Below, in pieces: positions 48,714-59,259 of a stretch of 64,000 nucleotides of DNA. The DNA is from Sphyrna mokarran (taxonomy: Eukaryota). Numbering within the stretch: position 1 is the first letter of the stretch; each line of letters begins with the position of its first letter. Position numbers and translations under genes: made by a program. The stretch covers positions 88,226,001 to 88,290,000 of the forward strand of contig JAGIQG010000003.1 in NCBI GenBank assembly GCA_024679065.1, written 5' to 3'. Below the pieces are notes generated by a model. It was not told the DNA's origin. It saw only the letters and a list, made by a program, of their open reading frames with translations, and searched no databases.

Positions 48714-51134
48714 CATACCAGACTGGCAATTAATGGTGTGAATCCTTTGACCACAGTTTTGTAGCTGCATACATGGCCATTGCTACTGAGGGCTTCTCTA
48801 TGGTAAATTAGGCACCATTAAAGAAGGCAACTCTCTCTCATAGTGCTGTTCAGAGGCTATTCCATGTATCTGGCAGTCTCCTCATATAGCAGAGACTGTC
48901 TCAATGCCAAAAAAAGATTGGGAAAGACAGCAAATGGTTGTCAGTGGGTCAGCTAGTTATCTTGCGTCTCTGGTCAGGGGCTTGCCAAGCACTTACATTC
49001 TTCCTATCACAATATCTCATAGCTTCAGGAAGATGTCCAGTTTCCGTCCTGATATCTGCCTCCATTTTACCATTCCTCTTGCCTCTCAGCCTATCTCTGG
49101 AAGCGAAGTTCCAGCCAAAACTTTGGAAATGCCACGAAGTTCACATAATAATGATGTCAAATCAAGGTCATGAAATAGATGAAAACAGGCAGCAGTTTAA
49201 GTGATAACAAAGGAGCCAAAGAGCCCCAATGGAGAGGCAATGCCAGGCTCCAACAGAGAACCAGAGCTGCTCAGAGACTGAACACCACACAATGCAAAAC
49301 AATCATCCTGTACAATGGAAGCAATTTAAAAACTCATTCATAATGTGTTTCCAAAATTATCTGATAGCATCAGTTTCTAAAGTCAGGCGGCCACATAATG
49401 CTCTGACTCCATTTTCTTCCTCTGCACTTGTCAGGAATAAATTCTATTGTGTGGATAACTTTCTGAATGCATCTTGCCAGCTTTGAATGTTAACAACACA
49501 CATCAAAAACCAAATGCAGAGAGGCACGCAAAGCATATATAGATATGTCCAATCAACAGGCAAGGCTCCCATTGGAAGGGACAAGGTTGAAAAATCATTC
49601 CTTGTCACTTTTTGACATCTGCTGCACTTTCAAATTATGTATTACTGCAAAAGTCACCATCGGAGCAATGAGGTAGATTCTCCAATCAGCATGATTATCA
49701 CTGAAATTCCATTGCACAGTGTCAAGGTCACTTACATAAAATATCCAAGTGCTTCATTATAATATGGAAATATAGTCACATTTGGCATGGGATCATGCTG
49801 TGAAGTTGGCTGACGTATCGGAAAAAACTAAATCAAAGAGCAGCTTTCCAAAAATCATTCATTTTCATTTATTTTGATGACTGTTACCTCCCTCCTTTCT
49901 AGGGATGGGAAAATAATGGCTATCTAGCCAATGGTGACTGCAACATAAGAATGAATAGAGAGTGACTGAGAAAAGCTATCTTCACAGGCTCTGACAGTAG
50001 CTTTGCCATTGATTGCAAGCATTCTTGCAGCCAAACTGTAACAGTTAACATTGCTGCAATGCTCTGGCTTCTAGCTCCTTCACCGCCAGCAAAGAAATCT
50101 CTGTTGGATCAGAAAACAAACAGATAGCAGATGCATTTGCTGTCAATTTCATTTCCCTTCCCAATGGACAAACAGCAAGTGTGCCCATTTTGTCTGCACT
50201 GTTTCCATTTGGAAAGAAAATGAGTTAACAGTGGCAGCCGTGTACCCCAAAGTAGTAACTGGCTTCTGTTGCTCCTTCAGCATCACCAGTCACTCCTACT
50301 CACCCAGCTGTGGCCATCCTCGAGTGCATCCATTTGGATAAGCGTAGCTGTGCTTCTGCATGCAAATGTTGTTGGGAATAATGCAGGGTATTGAATAGTT
50401 CTGGGATAATGCCAATATTCTCAGGCTGCTTTATCAGCCTCAAAGGTAATTAGAGACCAGCAATAAATGGTGATATTATCAATGATGCACATATCCCAAG
50501 AAAAAATTAAAAGCAGACCAATAAAAACAAATGTTAGCAGCAAGGTGTATCCTCAATCAGAGCTGACTTCGTAGTGATTATATGTTAATGAATCAAAAGT
50601 GGACAAGATGCAAGTTTCAGGTGATACTCACCCTCAGCTTAGAAGAAGCTCTTGCTGACTTATTCCCTAATCCTTTGATACACTGGAAGGTGAGAATGGT
50701 CTCACCCACAGGGAGTCAAAGTCTTGTAAAATCTGCACCCTTCTCCAGCTCAATGCATGTATGTACAGGTATTGCAGTGAGATATTTTAAGTTGAAGTAG
50801 TGAATTAGGATATATATGTGACAAGCCTGCAGCACAACCCATGTGCCTTAGACCACCATGCATGGTGCAGTAATATTTTGCTATAATGAAGAACTGTGTT
50901 ATGTTGCCAAAGGATGTCCATATGCCAAATGTTTTGGTTGCAGATGCACCTCGAGCTTGTCCTTTTTTCCAGAAATATGGTAAGTAACGACTGAATTGCA
51001 AGATTGTTCATGGCTAGGAGTAGGCCATCGGTAAATATTAGGTCAGGATTGGGTGAGATTTTTCAGCATGTATACTTCATCTTCCTACCTGCTATAAAGG
51101 ATGCTTTGTGTAGCCATCTTTTTTTATATATAGA

Positions 51135-51570
51135 TTAGAATCATAGAATATTATAATGCAGAAGGAAGTTATCTGGCCCTTTGTGCCTGTGCTGGATCTT
51201 TGAAAGAGCAGCCATATTTAATCCTAAGTTCCTGATTTTTGTCTGTTTCTCTTTTAGTTCTTTAGCCCCAATTACTTGTCCAATTCTGTTTTAGAATTAT
51301 TAAATGAATTAACACCGACCACATTTTCAGCTCATGCACTCCAGATCACAGTCCTCTTAGTATTAAAAACTTTTCTTTTTCCCCTCAGATACATTATCAA
51401 TGATTCTTGACCCCTAGTTATTGACTAATTCATAAGAGGCAGTTTTTTCCCAATTTACTTTGCCAAAGTCTCTGACAAAAAGCTCCATTAGTCACATTTT
51501 AATCTTCTCTACTCCAAGAACAGCAATCCTAACTTTTCCAATCTCTTCTCATAACTGAAATTTCTTATCC
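51135..51570 (-). mobile_element. CR1-like LINE 3' end
   Basis: Tail tagaatcatagaatattataatgcagaaggaag and the reverse of the RL..LGL.SLE motif. Confidence 0.75.
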
Positions 51571-51579
51571 AGAAAATAT

Positions 51580-51890
51580 GGGAGACGTGTAGAGGTAATA
51601 TTACAGGTACCTGGGTTTGAATTCCACCACGGCAATAAGTGGGGAATATTGGGTTTGAATTCCACCATGGCAATAAATGGGGAATATTAAAAGTATATTA
51701 AAGAATATTAAAAGTCTCATAAAACCATTATCGATTATTATAAAAACCGCCTGGTTCACGAATGTCCTTCAGGGGAAGAAATCTGCCATTCTTACCTGGT
51801 CTAGCCTACCTGTGAGTCCAAACTCCCAGGGTCTACTCATAGCCACTCAATCCAAGGCAATTAGGCATGAGCAACAAATGTTGACTTTTG
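51580..51890 (+). mobile_element. tRNA-derived SINE with L2-like tail and internal 38-bp tandem duplication
   Basis: Duplicated unit tgggtttgaattccaccayggcaataartggggaatat (51612-51649, 51650-51687). Body ctggttcacgaatgtccttcaggggaagaaatctgcc. Confidence 0.8.
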
Positions 51891-51979
51891 TATAAAGGCA
51901 AAATACTGCAAGTGTGGGAATCTGAAACAGAAATAGAAAAATGTTGGAAAATCTCAGCAGGTCTCAGAGCATTTGTGGC

Positions 51980-52950
51980 CTTTGTTGGCCTTTCCTTAGG
52001 CCCAGGAAACAATAACAATCTTTCTGAATTGTGGTGTCCAGGGTTACCCCCAATACCTACCTATCTAGTGATTTATAATGTCCTTGTGTTTATATTTTAT
52101 TAATTACGTTTTTATCTCGTCCTGATGTGGAGATGCTGGTGTTGGGCTGGCGTAAACACAGTAAGAAATCTCACAACATCAAGTTTAAGTCTAACAGGTT
52201 TATTTGATAGTAATAGTCACAAGCTTTTGGAACACATCTTCAGGATGCATGTTCACAGCGTGAAACAGCATGTTCTGAAAGCTTGTGGCATTTACTATCA
52301 AATAAACCTGTTGGACTTTAATCTGGTTTGTGAGACCTCTTACTGTGTTTAACTCATCCTGCCATCTTTAAGCAATATGTGCACCAAGGTGTCTCTCCAC
52401 ATCTAAACTTTTCAATATGTGCCATTTACAGTAAACTATCTTTCCATATTAGTTCTTCCAATATGCATCATTTCACACATTGAACTCCATCTGACATGCT
52501 TCTGCTCTATTTCACTATTCTGTCAATGTAATCTCAAAACCTGTAACAGTCCTTATCATGATTTACTACTTTGCTTTTGTATCGTCTGAAAAATGTATAA
52601 TGCTGCTTCCTATACACAAGACAAAGTTATTTATAAAAATTGCGAAGAGCAATGAACCCAAAATTGATGCTCAGAGAGCGTGGCTGCAAACTGTTTCTCA
52701 GTCTGAAAAACATCCATCCACCAACAACTTTTGATTCCTGTCACTGAATCAATTTTATCAGCACTTTTCCTTATATGGGCATCCTTAATAAGCCTCCTGT
52801 GTGGCACTGTATTAAATGCATTAAAAAACCCAGGCAAACAACATTTAATACATTTTTCTCCATTATCTCATCAAAGAATTAAATCGGGTAGACCAGACAT
52901 GTTTTGCCTTTAACAAATGCATGTTAGTTCTTCTTGATTTGCCCTGCTGT
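51980..52950 (-). mobile_element. CR1-like LINE RT fragment (host of the fold-back element)
   Basis: Minus ORF FFNAFNTVPHRRLI corresponds to DF.KAFD.VPH.RL. Further decayed RT motifs follow. Confidence 0.7.
52125..52347 (+). mobile_element. Penelope-derived fold-back element (second copy)
   Basis: Same leader as 33946 (atgtggagatgctggtgttggg), about 80-bp inverted arms, flanks tttatctcgtcctg / tttaactcatcctg (14 bp, 2 mismatches). Confidence 0.75.
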
Positions 52951-52961
52951 GCTAAAACAGT

Positions 52962-53097
52962 GGCTAGAATTCTCTGACCTCATCCATGGCTGAGATTCTA
53001 AAATCCTGCTGCAGTGAACAGAGTTTTGGCTGAGTGACAAATTCTCCGTTATTGCTGGCAACAATAGTGGGATGAATAAGATTGGGAAATCCCAGCC
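52962..53097. mobile_element. 136-bp PIF/Harbinger-like MITE
   Basis: TIRs ggctagaattctc / gggaaatcccagcc and an exact 3-bp TSD AGT (52959-61, 53098-100). Confidence 0.75.
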
Positions 53098-53329
53098 AGT
53101 ATCTTAAATAGAAACTCTACATTGAGTTGCATTGAAAACATTGCTATTGCTGTACACATATATGTGTACATGCATTCAAACACACACACATGATAAGCTT
53201 GCAACAGAGGGCCTGCACAATATAGCATAAATACATTTTTAATATCATGATAGGCCTCAAATACTGCCAAACATTGAAAAGGAATTTTACAAGTGCGGGG
53301 TCTCATATCCTCCATATTTTGCTTATGGA

Positions 53330-55200
53330 TTGTGATTTTAAAAAGTAGAAAGATTTAACAGTTCCTTTTTGCTATTTTATTGTTTTTTATTTTTTCTTTC
53401 CTAATTTATCTATATTCTCTCTTGCCATGCATTTGTCCAGTTGTCTATATACCCAATATATATGCTTCTTTCCGAGCCCTGAATTATTTCCTTATGTCAT
53501 TATTTATACATGGAGACCTACTAGAGTTTATTTTGTTATTTCCATCTAGTGAAATTTATCTTTTCAGCACACTGTTGGACAGCATTTTAAGCATTTCCCA
53601 TTGTCATTTGCCTGTATTGCTGCTCATTCTATTTTCACAAATTCTATGCTTAATCCCTTATTACCAGCTTTTCTCCAGCCTAATAATTTGGGTTTCATCA
53701 TATCTATATCTTTGTTTGTCATCATTTGATAGCATTTTATATTATCCTCGCGATTGCTTAAATGTTCCCCTACTTTTATTCCTTTTACTTGTTTTTTTGC
53801 ATTTCCAAACACTAAATCCAATATCAATTCTTCCCTCATTGGGCTTTTTTACACATTGGATTATTATGGAGTCCTGCATACATTGTCGGGCTCCGTTCCT
53901 TATCCTCATTATCTACCTCGTCTCTTCAGTTTGTGTTGGGGTAATCAAAATCGCCTTTGATTATCATACTGTATTTTACTCAATTCCCTAATTTATCTGA
54001 TTATTTATTCCTCTCTCTTCTGTTGACTGCACCAATAATGTAATAGATCCTTTATTATTTTTATGTCGATCCATAGATTCTACTTTTATCTCTCTAATAG
54101 CTTTATCTTTTCTATTTACTATTAAGATATCCCAAGTAAATTCAGCTACATCCCACCTCATCAATTTCTAAATATATTATACCTTTAATGTTTAATTTCT
54201 AGTCCTGACTTTCCTGTAGCCATGTTTCAGTAATCCCAATTATGGGGTAGAAATTTCCTCAAAAAATTTTTAAATGTCACAAAAGCCTGAAAGCCTTCTG
54301 GGGCGTGAGGCAGATAATGCTGATTTTATGTCTAATTACAACTGATTTATGTCAAAGACAGCTTGGGAGGATCACGAACAACCCAGCATCAGGAGTGATT
54401 TGCATTTTTAGCCTCCCTTTCAAATTTCCCACCCTACTACACTAATCGACTAGCGCAGCAGGATGGAAAGATCACGTATTTTATCTGATTCCTCTTCAAC
54501 ATAAGATTGCCTCCATTTTTCCGATTTTATTATGGACACCTTGTGAACTGCTGTAGTCTTTCAGTTCATTTCAATAAGATTTCCCAAATGTTATCCTTGA
54601 CCATCATCTTAGACTCTTTTTTCTATTTATTCTCTTGCCATCAATGCCCGCCCATTTCTTTGTTCATTCCTATGCTCTCATGCCCTGATTTGTCTATATT
54701 TAAGCAGTTTTAAGTTTCTTGTAGATCCCTCCTCCTACATGTTACCAATTTAAAGCATTTCTGAAAGGTATGGGTGCCATCTCAGGTCAGGTGAACTGGT
54801 CCTTCCTGGCACAGAACACATGCCAATATCCCATGAAAAGGAACTCCTCTTTCTCAACACCAGTCCTTTAATCATGTGCTAATATTCCGTGTTCCCATGC
54901 CAATTTATTGAGGAGTGGGCAATAATCTGGAGATTATTTCTCTCGAGTTTACACTTTTTAATTTGAAGCCTAACTCCTGATAGTCTTTCAAGGCCGCATC
55001 CATATTCTTATCTATGTCACTTGTTTCACATGGGTACAACAGCTGAAGTTACCACCCACTCTGCCCCCTCATTCCTTTTTCTAAGTTTCTTTTCAGCCAC
55101 CATGAGATACCCTTTATCCCGGCACCTAAGACAAACAAACACTTAGGAATTCCGGTTCTTGGATGCACAGATGCAATCTATCCACAACCCAAGCGTCAAT
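53330..55200 (-). mobile_element. CR1-like LINE 5' portion (ORF1 end / APE endonuclease), decayed, with TIR-element insert at about 54243-54480
   Basis: Minus ORF REELILDLVFGN...VKGIKVGEHLSNRED corresponds to the APE LDLV..N...V.VGE.L..SDH motif. ttactgaaacatggcta (ITETWL) on the minus strand at about 54215-54232. Confidence 0.75.
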
Positions 55201-55329
55201 ACAGAATACTATTTCCTGTAGACAAATGTACAGAAGTTGTTCAAATTTTACCAGCATGCCATGGTAAAGGACAAAAGGCTTTTCAAACTGAAGTAATCTG
55301 TTAAAAGCTGCAAGTTTTAATACTGGCAG

Positions 55330-55880
55330 TTCCTAACAGGCACTAGGCAGTGCCAAGAAGTGAGGCTATGATGAGGTGGGGCCTATGGGTTAGGGGAGGA
55401 TGGGACCGTGATGGGGGCGGCCTAAGGGAGACGGGCGGGGGTGAAGTTGTACATACTGCAACTGGCGATTGGCTGGAGGACACTGAGCATTCTGCAACTG
55501 GCAGTCAGCCGGGCTGAGGGAGAGAGATCAAATTGGCCAGGGGGACAATTGGCTGGGGTGAAGGGTGATATCCAGGGAGGGATAGATAGGGCCAATTGGC
55601 CAGGAGTTGGGGGGGCAACAATTGGGGTGGTGGACAATATCCAGAGTGGGGAGTGACTGACAGATCTCTCTGTTCAGTTGCACTGTTCATGTGAGCAGCC
55701 GACTTTCTGGTGAGTTGAGGCTCTGCCCCCTTTCCCTGCTAGCAGGAATCAAGTTGGGTATTTCTTTTTGCACTAAGTGCCATAAAATTTCATTTGTGGA
55801 CTTGCCAATGAAATGGATCTGAAACTTTTCTGTTTTCACACTCCTTCGGCTCTTCGAAATTTTTGGTAAGATCACCCTTA
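55330..55880. mobile_element. reverse copy of the GC-rich TIR element
   Basis: Right end aatttttggtaagatcaccct is the reverse complement of the start seen at 37582. G-rich interior. Confidence 0.55.
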
Positions 55881-55950
55881 CCATCTTTAATTCAGCAAAC
55901 AACACCCCGTAAGGACTTGTAATTTAAGAACTCTGATTGCTTAATTATTG

Positions 55951-56252
55951 AATCATAGGTTCATAGAATCCCTTCACTGCAAAAGGAGGCCAATCGGCTC
56001 ATTGAACCTGCATCAACAACAATCCCACTCAGATCCTAATCCCACAATCCCAAGTACTTAGCCTGTTAATCTTCCTAAACACTAAGGGACAATTAACCAT
56101 GACCAATCCGCCTAACCCGCACATCTTTGGACTGTGGGAGGAAACCCATGCAGACACAGGGAGAACATGCAATTCCACACAGACAATCACCCAAGGCCAG
56201 AATTGAAGTCGGGTTCTTGATGCTCTGAGGCAGCAGTGCTGACCATTGTGCC
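55951..56252 (-). mobile_element. HE1-type V-SINE
   Basis: catagaatcccttcactgcaaaaggaggccaatcggc...cctaacccgcacatctttggactgtgggaggaaaccc...gcagcagtgctgaccattgtgcc. Confidence 0.9.
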
Positions 56253-56397
56253 TGATTCTAAAATGCGCAAAACTGAAAAACTGCAGTTGTTGTATCTACT
56301 GATAATGATCTTAGAGACATCTGCAACTTCCATGAGAAATGGGATTATTGAAGGATGTTTAAAATAGATGTACAATACCAAAGCACTCTCTAATTAA

Positions 56398-56765
56398 GGG
56401 GAGACAGTGGTGCAATTGTAATGTCACTAGACCAGAAATCCAGGTTAATCCTTTAGGGTCAGAGTTTAAATTCCCACCTGGGCAGTTGTTGGAATTTGAA
56501 TTTTGTTAATAAAATCTGCAATCAAATGATAGTCTCAGCAATGGTAGCGATGAAACTATAACTGATTATTACAAAAGCACAAAATGGTTCTCCTTTAGGG
56601 AACAAAATCTGCTGACCTCATCTAGTCTGGTCTAATTGTTACTCCAGATCCACAACAATGTGGTTGATTCTCATCTGCCCTTTTAAAGGGTTTATTCAGT
56701 TCAGGGGCAATTAGGGACAGCGAACAAACGCTGGCTTTGCCACATCCCAAGAAAGAATAAAAATA
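56398..56765 (+). mobile_element. tRNA-derived SINE with L2-like tail, full length
   Basis: Head ggggagacagtggtgcaattgtaatgtcactagaccag, B-box-like gagtttaaattccc, tail ggggcaattagggacagcgaacaaacgctggctttgccacatcccaagaaagaataaaa. Confidence 0.85.
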
Positions 56766-57624
56766 ATTTTGTATTTGTTCTAATAATTGGATACTTGTAA
56801 TCTTACTGACATCACCAATCACCCTTTTATTTACAACGATACTTGAACACCTTTCAATAGAGTGCAGATCAGTCCCAGGTCTATTGATTGCCAGCCTCAG
56901 TAAAGCCAACTGGTTTTAAAACCCCTACTGCTCCTTTTCTAGTGGGTGAGCCTTCACTCACCAAACAGGGGAGTTTATATTCAGTGAAGCCTAAAGGAAA
57001 TTTACTGATGATCCTCCGAGGACAACATAACACCGTTGGACAATTGTGGCTTAAAGTGGATTTTGGTAAGACATTATGAAGTTGTCAATAAAGTATCCCA
57101 TGCATTTTAGAATGAAGGATCTTAAATTGCTGCAAAGCATGCAGAATACTTTTTCTAGACAACCTGGCAGAAGAGTATGGTCAGCAGGAGGTTGGCTGCT
57201 CATTGCATGACTGTACGAATCACTCCTTATAATGCATTTGTAACAAATGGGTGTTTTGATAATGAGTGTATTGCTAACAATTGTTCTGGACTATTACTAG
57301 TTTTCTGACAACATAGTAAATACAGGAGTGTTAATTTGGGCTTTGTGTGTTGTCTCATCATTTCTTGTAATTCTCATGTCTATACAATCAAGTAACCTTT
57401 CAGGATTAGAAATTCTGACATCTGCCTGCTTTCTCCATCAGGTAGGGCACTACTTAAAATCTATCTTTTAGACTAAACATCTGGTCATCTCACATAATGT
57501 CTCTCTATAGGGCTCAGGGTCCTATTTATCTTTTATAATATTCCTGTGAAATGCCTTGGGAGGTTTTATCACATTAAAGGTGCTACTTGAAGAGAAGTTC
57601 CTATTGCTGTTATTATTGTTGCTG

Positions 57625-58040
57625 GTGACAGTATATGGTGCTGATGTTGTTGCTCTAGCAATACAGAAGCCTGGACAATGAATCCATTGAATGCAATTTT
57701 AAATCCTTCCATGACTATTTGAGAATTTGGAATGTGATTTTAAAAATGGTATTAATGCAAGTGACCATGAATATATTATAATATTCCATAATTCCTCTAA
57801 TACCTTTGAGGAAAAGAAAGCTTCTATCTTTCAACCTGTTTTGAATGTTATTCCAGTCCCATACCATACCTAACAGCCCTAAAGAGGCCTAGCAACTTCT
57901 CTTATGAACAATTCAATGGGAGTTCCTACACCACATGGACTGAGTAGTTCAAGCTCGCTACGGCCTCCTCATGGGTAATCAGGATGGGCGATAAATGATC
58001 ACCTAGCCACAATGCCCACATCCTGTGCATCCAATAAAAT
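57625..58040 (+). mobile_element. tRNA-derived SINE with extended L2 3' segment
   Basis: SINE head and body followed by tgggagttcctacaccacatggactgagtagttcaag...ggatgggcgataaatg...gcccacatcc, matching the LINE 3' end at about 5500 and 27800. Confidence 0.6.
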
Positions 58041-58949
58041 CCAAATCACTCCATTACACCAAACTGAATCTAACTTCTCAAAGCAACTATGGAAGAGCAG
58101 TAAATGCCAGTCTCTTGAAAGAACAATGATTTCAATTTCTGGAAAGTCCCACTGAAGACCGCTGACTGAAACATTAACCAAAGCTTTTCTTTGTATTATA
58201 ACATTTCCTGTTCTTCTCACATGAGTGTTCAGACTTGAGGTAATGTATTCACATTATGCTGTTCCCATAACTGCCCCTCCTTAACATCATAAACACCGCA
58301 ATTTTGCTATGCTGATGTTCCTACACAGGAAGAAACCTTTACAAGATCAACCACATCTCAGTTTGAACTCATCCATCAAAAAAATGCAATTACTTACAGG
58401 TTTGTAAACTAATTTCCTTTCTATGAGAAAACCTATTAAGTACAAGTTTAACGAAAAAGCTATTAATCTTGCAGCTATCATCAAGAATAATCAAGGTTCA
58501 AAATTTGAGATATAAATCATCATTGCACCAGATAAAGGATTGCAAACGCCTTCCCAAAATGGTATATTCAAAGAGCACTCCAACAACATGAGGTGAGTGT
58601 TTCATTTCCCATAAGATTTCCAACAACATTCATGCACAGAGCAGCAATCAACAAAGCCAATAGAAAGCAGAACCATGCGGCCAAGTGTAAGTCAGAGAAA
58701 GTTATGTTTAAACTATTTAGAGTTATGATTAGACTACATTTTGAATCCAGTTCTGGTCACTGATATGCCAAGGGAAGCATGGACAACCTTCGAGTGATCA
58801 GATAAGATCCCTCGAGTCAAATATTGAATTGCAAAAGGGGGATAGAAATGAGTGCAATTTGAAAATCATGTACTTAGTGGGTGACACTGGATCCCACCAT
58901 CTCACAAAAAATGTTTAAATTGAGGGATGAAATGGGGTGAGAGGGAAAT

Positions 58950-59256
58950 GACCAGCATAATATAGGACTTCACACACCTCGGACATATTCCCTTCCACTT
59001 TCTTCCATCAGGAAAAAGATAGAAAAGTCTGAAATCATGTATCAACCAACTCAAAAACAGGTTCTTCCCTGTTTCTGTCAGAGTTTTGAATGGACTTGCA
59101 TTAAGTTGATCCATCTCCAAGCCCTGTAACATTACATTCTGAACTCTCTTGTTTCCTTCTCTATGAATGGTACACTTTGTCTGTATAGCATGCAAGAATC
59201 AATACTTTTCACTGTTTACTAGTACATGTGACAATAATAAATCAAAGCAAATCAAA
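58950..59256 (+). mobile_element. Rex1/Babar-like LINE 3' end
   Basis: Collinear with 14040-14360 (ccagcataa...HP.HIPFHFLPSGKR...tttcactgtttactagtacatgtgacaataataaatcaaa). Confidence 0.85.
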
Positions 59257-59259
59257 AGG

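Noticed and set aside
53151-53170. Perfect 20-bp palindrome tgtacacatatatgtgtaca
   Set aside because: Low-complexity alternating purine-pyrimidine sequence next to a (CA)n tract, expected by slippage.
53380-53991. Longest ORF (203 aa, hydrophobic, membrane-protein-like)
   Set aside because: It is the T-rich antisense strand of a decayed CR1 endonuclease region.
55370-55445. G-quadruplex-like G-tracts
   Set aside because: Ordinary G-rich interior of a multi-copy TIR element, with no sign of locus-specific function.
58398-58432. 35-nt minus-strand exon candidate (FLIERKLVYKP) that could extend the minus chain
   Set aside because: Weak acceptor, two open frames, and too short to distinguish from chance.
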